Shown: in pieces, positions 44,650 through 53,376 of the stretch | How the letters are laid out: each line of letters opens with the position of its first letter | How positions within the stretch are numbered: the stretch's first letter is position 1 | Assembly (NCBI GenBank): GCA_035530835.1 | Contig: DATKUC010000027.1 | Coordinates: forward strand, 1 to 57,406 | Direction: 5' to 3' | From: Spirochaetia bacterium | Lineage (GTDB): Bacteria > Spirochaetota > Spirochaetia > DSM-27196 > DATKUC01 | DNA length: 57,406 nt | The notes under the pieces: generated by a model | The model's database searches: none | Seen by the model: the letters and a program-made list of their open reading frames with translations, nothing else | What the model was told of the DNA's origin: nothing | Made by a program: the position numbers and the translations under genes

Positions 44650-46452
44650 ATGGAAACACTGAGAACAGATCTGCGCGACGAACTGATAGAAGCCCTGAAC
44701 AATCTCGTCGCCCATACTGAAGAGATCTATCTGAATCTCGCCCGCAGCTATCCGCTACTGCTAGCCGAAACCGAACGAAGCCTCGACAATTCACGTTCAA
44801 TGATTTCGAATGTGGACGATGAATCGACGGGAGAAACCAATCGAAACGGCCGCGCAACGAGCATCGAATCGCTGATCACCCAGACGCGCACACTCATCGA
44901 ACAGGGATCAAAGACATTCCAGCAGATGCACACGAAAGACGGAGAGCTGTTTTCTGCGCTCGACGAAGGCATCCATAAGCTCTCGTCGCTTGACGACGTA
45001 ATCGGCAACATCAAAGAAGACTCAATCGAGATGGAGCTCATATCGTTGAATGCCATGACGGTAGCGCTCAAAGCAGGCAGCGCGGGGCGGGCGTTCTCGT
45101 ACATCACGGAAGAACTGAAGCGGCTCTCAAGCCGCACAATTGCACTCACCGAAGAGATCACGCGTCGCGGCGAAGAGTTGCTTCGGGTGTTTCACGACTT
45201 TCGCTCCTCTCTTTCTGAGATAAAGGAGTTCCAGGAACGTCTTTTCTCGGAGTTACATGGCAGACTGGACACAAGTTTTCTCGATTTCCAGGAGGGAGTC
45301 CACAGAACCATATCCGTGCTCTCATCCATCAGTGAACGATCGGCCGGCATCCGTAAGCCGCTGGTCGCCGTAATGGAGGAGATACAGCTTCAGGACGTCA
45401 TCAAGCAGTCTGTCGACCACGTGATAATCTCGCTGAAAGAGCTTTCGGCGTCATCTGCGTTTGAAACTGTCGAAGAACGACTGGATGAGCTTGCGTTCTA
45501 CCAGCAGCTTCCCGCGCTCTGTCATGTTCTGCTTGAAGACATCTCCACAAAGATCAATCGCAGCCTTTCCGTCTTTCGCAGCAACCTGGCAAAGGCGCGA
45601 ACAATAATCCGCGAAGTCGAAAGAGACCGTTCCGGCTTTGTTGCCTCAAGGACCGGATCCGATACCGCTCAGGGAGAGTCGCTGAACGCGCTCTTTGACC
45701 GCTCGGCAGCGGTGCTGAAAGGGTTACTGTCCGATCTTTCGCAGTCAATGGCGATGAAGGAGCAGCTTACCGAACGCTCCCGAAATCTGATGAATGAAGT
45801 GTTCCGGCTCGAAGATGATTTCAAGTCCTTCTCGATCGTAATAAACCGCTTCCACAGCATAGACATCGCTTCGAGAATCGAAGTCGTCAAGCAGAATGTG
45901 CTCCAGAAGATGTCCGGAACCGTTGAGGAGATGACCGCGCTGATTGTCCGCATCGAGAGGGATGTCAACGAATCTCTCAATTCGATCAAGGTATTCATCA
46001 AGACGATAAGTGCAACGGTGAACGAGTTTCGGAATGTGTTCAAGGAAGAAGAACTGTTCGTTGCTGATTTCGAAAAGAGCATCCACAGTCGGTACGATCA
46101 GTTGTTCGAAAAGAAGAACTCCGTCACGGATACGATAGCAGGATTTTCACTCTTCACCGGCAACTTCATGTCGATGTTCGACGCCACCTCCGGCGACCTT
46201 GCCCGGCTCGAGCAGCTGATTGCAGATGTGGGAACCGTACGGGCAAGCCTGGACGAAGTGAAACGGATAACTGAAAGTGAAATGAAGGCTCTTCTGGAAC
46301 AGAAGGGACTGAGAAGCTGGCAGATCGGCAGTGAAAAACTGCAGCAGATCATTCAGCGCTTCACGATCTTCACTCATAAGAGGACGGCGGGCGAACTCGC
46401 AGGATTCGAGGTGGAAGGCGGCGTCGAATCGGGTTCCGTTACGCTCTTCTAG
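44650..46452 (+). CDS. Soluble MCP-like protein (methyl-accepting-chemotaxis signalling-tip motif, no TM segments)
   Basis: aa 129-163 ELISLNAMTVALKAGSAGRAFSYITEELKRLSSRT align with the conserved MCP hairpin-tip consensus. The rest is helical/coiled-coil-like. No hydrophobic TM segment. Confidence 0.7.
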   Translation: METLRTDLRDELIEALNNLVAHTEEIYLNLARSYPLLLAETERSLDNSRSMISNVDDESTGETNRNGRATSIESLITQTRTLIEQGSKTFQQMHTKDGELFSALDEGIHKLSSLDDVIGNIKEDSIEMELISLNAMTVALKAGSAGRAFSYITEELKRLSSRTIALTEEITRRGEELLRVFHDFRSSLSEIKEFQERLFSELHGRLDTSFLDFQEGVHRTISVLSSISERSAGIRKPLVAVMEEIQLQDVIKQSVDHVIISLKELSASSAFETVEERLDELAFYQQLPALCHVLLEDISTKINRSLSVFRSNLAKARTIIREVERDRSGFVASRTGSDTAQGESLNALFDRSAAVLKGLLSDLSQSMAMKEQLTERSRNLMNEVFRLEDDFKSFSIVINRFHSIDIASRIEVVKQNVLQKMSGTVEEMTALIVRIERDVNESLNSIKVFIKTISATVNEFRNVFKEEELFVADFEKSIHSRYDQLFEKKNSVTDTIAGFSLFTGNFMSMFDATSGDLARLEQLIADVGTVRASLDEVKRITESEMKALLEQKGLRSWQIGSEKLQQIIQRFTIFTHKRTAGELAGFEVEGGVESGSVTLF

Positions 46453-46462
46453 GCGTTCCGAT

Positions 46463-47056
46463 ATGTTCACGCACTTCGACCATCGACGCCGCCGGACGAT
46501 CTTTACGCTGCATCCCGGCGAACATCTGGTCACCAATGACGACGTGATCATCGCAACCATTCTCGGCAGCTGCGTAGGTGTTGCGATGTGGGACCGGGTA
46601 CGGGAGATCGGCGGCCTGAATCACTTCATGCTGCCCGGATCAATCAACAGGAAAGAATACTATCTGTCGGATTCCGGTAAGTATGGAATGTATGCCATGG
46701 AGCTTCTCGTCAATGATTTCGTAAAGGGCGGAAGCCAGAGGCAGGACCTGGTCGCCAAGGTATTCGGAGGCGGTTCGGTCATCAGAAATACCGGCGGACT
46801 CCCGGCCAGCAGGGCAATTCCGGACAGCAACATCGATTTTGCATTTGCGTACCTCGAGACCGAAGGGATACCGGTGCAGCGGTCTGATGTCGGTGGCAAT
46901 TACGGCCGCAAGATCATCTACTATCCGCGCGAATTTCGCGTACTCGTGAAACCGATAACCGGGGGACTGATTACTGCGGTAGTGAAGGAAGAGACCGAGC
47001 TGCTGCAGAAGATCAACCGTCAGCCTCCCGGAAAGAGTGACATCACGCTCTTCTAG
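46463..47056 (+). CDS. cheD: Chemoreceptor glutamine deamidase CheD
   Basis: LHPGEHLVT..IIATILGSCVGVAMWD..GGLNHFMLP (catalytic Cys context). ATG 46463 lies within ORF 46331..47056. Confidence 0.85.
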   Translation: MFTHFDHRRRRTIFTLHPGEHLVTNDDVIIATILGSCVGVAMWDRVREIGGLNHFMLPGSINRKEYYLSDSGKYGMYAMELLVNDFVKGGSQRQDLVAKVFGGGSVIRNTGGLPASRAIPDSNIDFAFAYLETEGIPVQRSDVGGNYGRKIIYYPREFRVLVKPITGGLITAVVKEETELLQKINRQPPGKSDITLF

Positions 47057-47067
47057 GAGCTGCGAAC

Positions 47068-48156
47068 CTACTGCACGGTCTGCAATCCGGTGCGTATCGG
47101 AGGAACCGAGTCAAGCTGCAATGCCCCACCGTGTTGCACGTATAGCTTCGAAATGTACCGAACGGTGTCCAGACGCCCCGCTATGTCTGCCACCTGGTTC
47201 TGAAACTCGGCAAAGAACCGTGCAAATGAGACCTGGGGAGTGTCCTGCCATCTGGCCACGTGCTCGTAGTAGTGTTCGAGCCTGGTGATCCTGTTCACGA
47301 CCCGTTCGAAGACGAACTGAATGCGGCGCATATGAAGGAGATCGGCACCGACGAGTGATGTCCGGGATGCTGCAATATCTCCCGTCGACCCGGCTGCACG
47401 ATCTTCACTGTACCAACGATCGAGCGTCTCCCGATGAGACATCAGCGCCCGATAGGCCGCATCGAATTGCGGCTGAAGTGCGATGAAGCGCTCTGCGTAT
47501 CCAAGAGCGATCTGCTGCGCGCCAGTCCTGAAGGCCGCAACGCGTTGTGCAGCCCAGGTCGCCCTGAATGCCCCGATATGGGACGGTTCCACCGGGAGGT
47601 TTCTGAATACGCCGCCTTCGGTCATTTCCACGGCACGTTGCGGCACCGCGAACAGTATGTCTCCGTTCGCATCCTCGCATTGAACTGTGCCCTCATTCAC
47701 TGAGACCAGGACATCTCCCGAAACTGCTGTGGTTACGTCAAACTGCGTGCCGCGGATGCGCAGTAGAGCACCTTCGGTGCGCACGTAAAACTCAGAAGCC
47801 GCAGCCAGAGGCTGCACTTCGAGGCTGATCGATCCATTCAGTAGCTCAATCGCCTCCTGTTTCACTCCGCTATCGACCTGCATCTCGAAAACGAGTGACG
47901 TGTCCGATTTTGCAGTTATGGTAGCGCCAACCCCGCTCGCAGCGGTCAGAACAATCTGTGCGATGCCGTCCGCCCCAGTCGTGACGCGATCGAAATTGTG
48001 GAGCGAAAATCCCACAGCTACATCCGACGCGTGAGTCTGCAGATCCCGCTCAACGCTAACATCCCCAGTCAGCGACTTGATGACGCCGATACCTTCTGCC
48101 CAGGAGACTTCCGAAAGAATAGCGAAAAGCGCGATAGCGCAGAGCTGCTTTATCAT
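47068..48156 (-). CDS. Secreted FecR-domain protein
   Basis: Signal peptide MIKQLCAIALFAILSEVSWA and a FecR-like beta-rich N-terminal region (GDVSVER..FDRVTTGADGIAQIVL). Confidence 0.6.
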   Translation of the reverse strand: MIKQLCAIALFAILSEVSWAEGIGVIKSLTGDVSVERDLQTHASDVAVGFSLHNFDRVTTGADGIAQIVLTAASGVGATITAKSDTSLVFEMQVDSGVKQEAIELLNGSISLEVQPLAAASEFYVRTEGALLRIRGTQFDVTTAVSGDVLVSVNEGTVQCEDANGDILFAVPQRAVEMTEGGVFRNLPVEPSHIGAFRATWAAQRVAAFRTGAQQIALGYAERFIALQPQFDAAYRALMSHRETLDRWYSEDRAAGSTGDIAASRTSLVGADLLHMRRIQFVFERVVNRITRLEHYYEHVARWQDTPQVSFARFFAEFQNQVADIAGRLDTVRYISKLYVQHGGALQLDSVPPIRTGLQTVQ

Positions 48157-48186
48157 TCGATCCCCTCATCCTGCAAGACCACCATA

Positions 48187-49908
48187 TCACTGCTCCGCTC
48201 GTCGATCAAATGTACTGACTGAGTCGACAGGGGGACGCAGTCGCCACACGTCAAGCTCACGCTCGAGAACCTCTCCTGCCGCGCACAGTGTACCCTCCTC
48301 CCAGAGTCGGCCCCATAGATTCACGCCGCGGGGCACGGGCGAAACCGGCGCAGGCACCCCGGGACCGCGAAGGAACTTCCCTCCGCGGGTCGGAACGTCC
48401 GCGAGCGTATCGGTCTCTGAGGAGCCACGTTCAACAAAACCGGATCGAAGGGTCAGCGATGGGTGGCCGGTCGCATTGGTAACAAGAAGCAGGGGACCTA
48501 CGGTGCCGGGACTCACCAGAAAGTCGACCTGTCGAAAGAGATCGTTCATCATGTGGCCGAGTTCGCGCCGGAACCTCTGGACCTGCACGTAATCAAGCGC
48601 CGGAACAAGCCGCGCAGTGCGGAAGGTGTTCGGCCACGCGTCGTCTGCCTGCCAGGTGAGAGTGTCATCGAGACCGCTGCTGGTCAGATCCTCGAACGCC
48701 GCAGCAGCCTCAACGTACACCAGCAGCATGAGCGATTCATACGGCAGCGGGGGAAACGAAAGCTCGTGCAGAACGAATCCCTGTTGCTCCAGGATTGAGA
48801 GAACTGACCGTTCCGACTCACTCACCGAATCTTCCGCAAACCAGGCGGGATCGTATCCCACTTTCATGCCGCGGAGATCTTCACGATCGGGCAGTCGCAT
48901 CGACTGCGTCAGCGCGTCCGGGTCCACGCCATCGGAACCGGCAATAGCCGCAAGAACCGGCATGCAATCCCTGACAGAACGGCACAGCGGTCCGATCTTG
49001 TCGAACGACCAGCACAGCGCCATTGCTCCGGTCCGTGGAACCCGCCCGAAGGTCGGCCGCAGCCCTGCGGTGCCGCAACGCAGCGACGGGCTGACGATGG
49101 AGCCCATTGTCTCGGTACCGATTGCAAACCCGACAAGGCCCGCAGCGACCGATGCCGCTGATCCCGCGCTCGAACCGCTCGAGCCGTCCCGCGGGTCCCA
49201 GGGGCTGTTCGTACGGCCGCCGTACCAGATATCACCGTACGCAAGAGCCCCGAGCGAGAGCTTCGCCGCAAGCACGGATCCTGCGCCGGCAAGTCTCGCA
49301 ACCACTGCGGCGTCCACATCGGGAATGCGAACGCGCCCGCTGCCGGACGTCCTCGCGCGGGAATCGAGACCCGCGTACGGTTCGGCGCCCCAGCAGGTAC
49401 TGATTCCGGCGGTGTCCAGCAAATCCTTCGCGCCCCAGGGCACTCCATGCAGTACGCCCCGGTAGTGTCCGCGACGAATCTCCTCGTCCGCCAGTTCGGC
49501 TTCACGCATTGCCCGCTCTTCGGTGAGCGTCGCAACACTCGCAAGAGCAGGTCCATGCCGCTTCAATCGCGCAAGGTATATTTGAGTCAGGGTGCGGCTC
49601 GTGAGCTCGCGTCTCCTGAGCAGATCGGCAAGTTCGATCAGGGAAAGGTATGCAATCTCATCGTCCGAACCCGGGAGAGAAATCTGCTCAGAAACCTTCT
49701 CCGTGTAGTCGGAGCCGATTGCGTGCCGCTCGGTCTCGTCAACAGGACGGAATCTCACCGCAGGGCCGGATTCATTGGCAAGGTAAACCGACCGCCTCCT
49801 TCGCAGGAGATCGATCACCTCAGGCAGAAGGCGGAGCATCTGGGTCCGCTTCTCCGCAGAGAGGAACGCGGCGAACGCATCTTCTGTTGATTGTGGAGGC
49901 TGACCCAT
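48187..49908 (-). CDS. Amidase-signature (GatA-like) family amidase with N- and C-terminal extensions
   Basis: The AS region WGAKDLLD..GSSGSSAGSAASVAAGL fits the Lys-Ser-Ser family pattern. At 573 aa it is longer than a typical amidase. Confidence 0.8.
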   Translation of the reverse strand: MGQPPQSTEDAFAAFLSAEKRTQMLRLLPEVIDLLRRRRSVYLANESGPAVRFRPVDETERHAIGSDYTEKVSEQISLPGSDDEIAYLSLIELADLLRRRELTSRTLTQIYLARLKRHGPALASVATLTEERAMREAELADEEIRRGHYRGVLHGVPWGAKDLLDTAGISTCWGAEPYAGLDSRARTSGSGRVRIPDVDAAVVARLAGAGSVLAAKLSLGALAYGDIWYGGRTNSPWDPRDGSSGSSAGSAASVAAGLVGFAIGTETMGSIVSPSLRCGTAGLRPTFGRVPRTGAMALCWSFDKIGPLCRSVRDCMPVLAAIAGSDGVDPDALTQSMRLPDREDLRGMKVGYDPAWFAEDSVSESERSVLSILEQQGFVLHELSFPPLPYESLMLLVYVEAAAAFEDLTSSGLDDTLTWQADDAWPNTFRTARLVPALDYVQVQRFRRELGHMMNDLFRQVDFLVSPGTVGPLLLVTNATGHPSLTLRSGFVERGSSETDTLADVPTRGGKFLRGPGVPAPVSPVPRGVNLWGRLWEEGTLCAAGEVLERELDVWRLRPPVDSVSTFDRRAEQ

Positions 49909-49932
49909 GCTGTCCTCCTTGTACGAACCGTC

Positions 49933-50979
49933 CTACCGGACTTTCATGAAAATGCCGAAGAGGACAATCGTGATGAGAATTTGTACGAGAGCAAATCGAA
50001 TGAGAACCTGTGCGTTCGACCACTTCCGGGTTATCCGGAAATGATCATGCAGCGGAAACCTTACAGTGTGAAATATCCGTATCTTGAAGAAACGAAGCAG
50101 AGCTACTTTCACGAGACCTGCCCCACCGTTGACAAGAATAACCGTGCTTACAATGAGAATGAGGAACGGATTTCCGGTGCTGATGACAAGAACGCCGATG
50201 AAGAAGCCGAGAGCGCGGGAACCTGCGTCTCCCATCAGCACTTCACTCGGATGGGCATTGTACCAGAGGTAGCCGGCAAGACTCCCCACCATGACGAACG
50301 CCATGATTGCCCATCTCGGAGAATCCTCGTAGTGAGGAAGCAGCAGGTAGGCTGCTATATCGGTGTGTCCGATGATGAAGTAATGAAACACGCCCAGGCT
50401 GATGAGGGCAAGAATCACGAGCGTGCTCGACAATCCGTCCACCCCGTCCGTGCAATTGGTCGAATTAATTGAGAACCAGATGATGATCGTCGAAATCGGT
50501 ACGAAAAGCCACGGTGAAAGCTGAAAGACGACATGCGTTATCGGCAGCCACATTCTGGTTCCGCTGCCAAGCAACACAAGTGATGCGACGACGGCGATAA
50601 TCAGATCCATCAACCCCTTTACATACTCGCCCCATGACTTCTGGCTCCGGTCATCGATATAGCCGGACAACATGGCAAGGTAGGTCAGGACGAGGATGGC
50701 AACCTGCTGCCATCCGAGCGGAACAACAAAGAGCGATACGATCGTGAAAATGGAGATGAACACCATTCCCGCACCGGTCGGCTTTCCCTTTGCCACCTGC
50801 CCCTCCGCGGCGAACTCCCGCCCTCGGTCGTGCGGAAGGCGCTCATAAAATCGCGGCAGCAGAATCAGAATAAGCACGAAGCTAACCGAGGTGCCCGCAA
50901 TGATCAGGAACAGATGTGATGAAAGCAGCCTGAACGGCCCGTAGAGTTTCTCAAGTATGAAACCCAGATCATATAGCAT
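49933..50979 (-). CDS. MraY-family polyprenyl-phosphate sugar-phosphate transferase, divergent paralogue
   Basis: About ten TM segments. Retains YIDD, NCTDGVDGLS and MGDAGS. Has KGKPTGAG in place of GTPTMGG and PLHDHF in place of PxHHH. C-terminus MKVR resembles MraY. Confidence 0.75.
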   Translation of the reverse strand: MLYDLGFILEKLYGPFRLLSSHLFLIIAGTSVSFVLILILLPRFYERLPHDRGREFAAEGQVAKGKPTGAGMVFISIFTIVSLFVVPLGWQQVAILVLTYLAMLSGYIDDRSQKSWGEYVKGLMDLIIAVVASLVLLGSGTRMWLPITHVVFQLSPWLFVPISTIIIWFSINSTNCTDGVDGLSSTLVILALISLGVFHYFIIGHTDIAAYLLLPHYEDSPRWAIMAFVMVGSLAGYLWYNAHPSEVLMGDAGSRALGFFIGVLVISTGNPFLILIVSTVILVNGGAGLVKVALLRFFKIRIFHTVRFPLHDHFRITRKWSNAQVLIRFALVQILITIVLFGIFMKVR

Positions 50980-51135
50980 GCGGAATACCCCTGCGTAACC
51001 TAGTCTCGTATCCCGGAGGAAGTTTCACCTGCAGCGTGCGCGGAGTCGGGTGACTGCGCACACCAGACAGCCGATACGAACCTAACGGAAGAGGCTAAAC
51101 CGCGCAGAAAGTGCATGCAAAACTATAGCGAAGTT

Positions 51136-51834
51136 TCATGCCCGATGCAACAGATCGGAAAGTTCAAAAAGCTCCCGTATCTCGTAGGTTGGCCGCTCCT
51201 GCGTCTCCCCGCGGGCGGCGCCGCCGGGATTGAACCAGCACGTGTGCATTCCGGCGCGGTTGCCTCCGGCGATATCGGAGCTCAGGCTGTCTCCGACCAT
51301 GAGCACATCGCTCCGGTCGACATTCGCATAGCTGTTCATTACCGCGTCAAAGATCTGCGGTTCCGGCTTTCGCGCGCCAACTTCCTCCGAGATAATGATG
51401 GAGTCGAAATAGGGGGTGAGCGGACTGCGCCGGAATCGCGCGCGCTGGACGTCCGAGAGACCGTTCGTTATCACACTCATTCGGACCACGCGCGATAGCT
51501 TCTCGACGATCTCCTGCGCTCCGGTAATCATCTGATCGCCCTGTGCGAGAAACCTCAGGTAGTTGGAGCCGAACTGATCCGGATCCGCATCGACACCAAT
51601 TGCCGAAAGAAACCTGCGGAACCGTTCGACGCGCATCTGTTCGGAGGTAAAGTGACCCAACTCATACTCTTCCCATATTCGCGCGTTCTGCTCGCGATAG
51701 ATGGGAAGGTGATGCTGCACCCGGTAGTTGATTCCCATTGCGTTGAACGTTTCGGCGAGCGCCCATTCTTCCGCCTGATGAAAATCGAGCAAAGTGCCAT
51801 CCGCGTCAAAGAGTACGACCTGGTAGGCTGCCAT
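51136..51834 (-). CDS. HAD-superfamily hydrolase (YjjG/haloacid-dehalogenase-like nucleotidase type)
   Basis: LFDADGTLLDF (motif I), ITNG (motif II) and VGDSLSSDIAGG (motif IV). ATG 51834 lies within ORF 51136..51930. Confidence 0.8.
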   Translation of the reverse strand: MAAYQVVLFDADGTLLDFHQAEEWALAETFNAMGINYRVQHHLPIYREQNARIWEEYELGHFTSEQMRVERFRRFLSAIGVDADPDQFGSNYLRFLAQGDQMITGAQEIVEKLSRVVRMSVITNGLSDVQRARFRRSPLTPYFDSIIISEEVGARKPEPQIFDAVMNSYANVDRSDVLMVGDSLSSDIAGGNRAGMHTCWFNPGGAARGETQERPTYEIRELFELSDLLHRA

Positions 51835-51858
51835 GGTCCGCAAGTGTATCCGCGCTGC

Positions 51859-51887
51859 TTGACAGCGTAAAGGGGGATTCATACGAT
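51859..51887 (+). promoter_or_regulatory. Sigma-70-like promoter TTGACA-N17-TACGAT, positioned for a leaderless hom transcript
   Basis: The -10 box ends 8 nt before ATG 51896. Confidence 0.45.
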
Positions 51888-51895
51888 GATCGCCG

Positions 51896-53272
51896 ATGGA
51901 AACTGTCAAACATATAGCGGTGGCGGTCATCGGATGCGGAACGGTCGGTGGTGCGACCGCCCGGATTCTGGTTCAGGACCGCGAATATCTGAAGGCCCGC
52001 GCGGGCATCGACGTCGAACTGAAATACGTGGTTGATCGTGATTTCACGAATGCGCGAAAGCTTGGCATTCCGGAGAGCGCATACACTACCGATCTTCAGG
52101 TAGCGCTCACCGATCCGGACGTGAAGATCGTGCTCGAACTCGTCGGAGGAACCACGATCGCCAGGGATTTCATCATGCGCGCGCTTACGGCGGGAAAACA
52201 TGTGGTAACCGCCAACAAGGCGCTTCTCGCCCACCACGGCCCGGAATTGTTCGCGCTCGCGCGGCAACACAAGGTGTCTGTAGCGTTCGAAGCGAGCTGC
52301 GGCGGTGGTATCCCCATTATCCGGGCGATCTGCGACGGACTGATTGCAAACCGCATCGATGCGGTATACGGAATTGTAAACGGAACCTGCAACTATATCC
52401 TCACCGAAATGATCGACCGTGGTGTCGGCTACGAAGAGGCGCTCGCCGATGCTCAGAAGGCGGGCCTCGCGGAAGCAGACCCGACGCTCGATGTCTCAGG
52501 CGGTGATTCGGCGCACAAGATAGCGATAATGGCCTCTCTTGCGTTCGGCAAGCGGTTCGACCTGGAGGGAATCCGAATCGAGGGGATCGACCGGTTGAAG
52601 CTCGAAGACGTGAAGTACGGTATGGAACTCGGTTACGTGATAAAGCTCCTCGCCATGGCGCAACGGGTAAACGACGGATACTGCCTGCGGGTGCGGCCGG
52701 TGTTCATATCCCACGATCACCCACTCTCATGGGTCTCCGGACCGTTTAACGCAATCAGCGTTTACGGACACACAACCGGCCACACGATGTATTACGGACG
52801 CGGTGCCGGGGGAAGGCCGACCGGTTCGGCAGTTGTCGCCGACATCCTTTCGATAGCAACCGGATCGTACCAGAACATCTTCTCCTATCCGGGAATGTGG
52901 CCGGATCTTTCGGACGGCGGCAGAATGGTTGCCCCTGACGAACTGGTGAATCGCTTCTATCTCCGGCTGATAGTGGAGGACACTCCCGGCGTGCTCGCAC
53001 AAATTGCGTCCATTCTCGGCAATCACGGTATCAGCATTGCCTCAGTGCGGCAGGACGAAGCGCCGGTTACACAGTCACCGCCGGCCAAGTCAGCGGCGGC
53101 GGAGCTGCAGCCGACGCCGCCGGTTCACGGCGTTCCGGTAATCATCACCGTTCATCCGGCACGGGAGCGGAATCTGCTGGATGCGATGGACGAAATTTCC
53201 GCACTCGACGCGGTGAGAAAAGGCAGTTCGATTATCAGCATCATCGACGAACACGAAGAACAGATCGGTTGA
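51896..53272 (+). CDS. hom: Homoserine dehydrogenase (with C-terminal ACT domain)
   Basis: VAVIGCGTVGG Rossmann motif, ANKALLA, EASCGGGIPII, and an ACT-like RLIVEDTPGVLAQIASILG. Confidence 0.9.
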   Translation: METVKHIAVAVIGCGTVGGATARILVQDREYLKARAGIDVELKYVVDRDFTNARKLGIPESAYTTDLQVALTDPDVKIVLELVGGTTIARDFIMRALTAGKHVVTANKALLAHHGPELFALARQHKVSVAFEASCGGGIPIIRAICDGLIANRIDAVYGIVNGTCNYILTEMIDRGVGYEEALADAQKAGLAEADPTLDVSGGDSAHKIAIMASLAFGKRFDLEGIRIEGIDRLKLEDVKYGMELGYVIKLLAMAQRVNDGYCLRVRPVFISHDHPLSWVSGPFNAISVYGHTTGHTMYYGRGAGGRPTGSAVVADILSIATGSYQNIFSYPGMWPDLSDGGRMVAPDELVNRFYLRLIVEDTPGVLAQIASILGNHGISIASVRQDEAPVTQSPPAKSAAAELQPTPPVHGVPVIITVHPARERNLLDAMDEISALDAVRKGSSIISIIDEHEEQIG

Positions 53273-53319
53273 ACCGACGAGCCGCGAGCTCCAGGCGTTC
53301 CAGCCGTTCGCGCGGCAGA

Positions 53320-53348
53320 TTGACAGCCCCACCTGCCGCTTGTATCGT
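53320..53348 (+). promoter_or_regulatory. Sigma-70-like promoter TTGACA-N17-TATCGT upstream of the glucan phosphorylase gene
   Basis: TTGACA 53320-53325 and TATCGT 53343-53348. A GGGG run lies before ATG 53377. Confidence 0.45.
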
Positions 53349-53376
53349 GTAACAAGGTCAAAAAAAGGGGTTGCTG

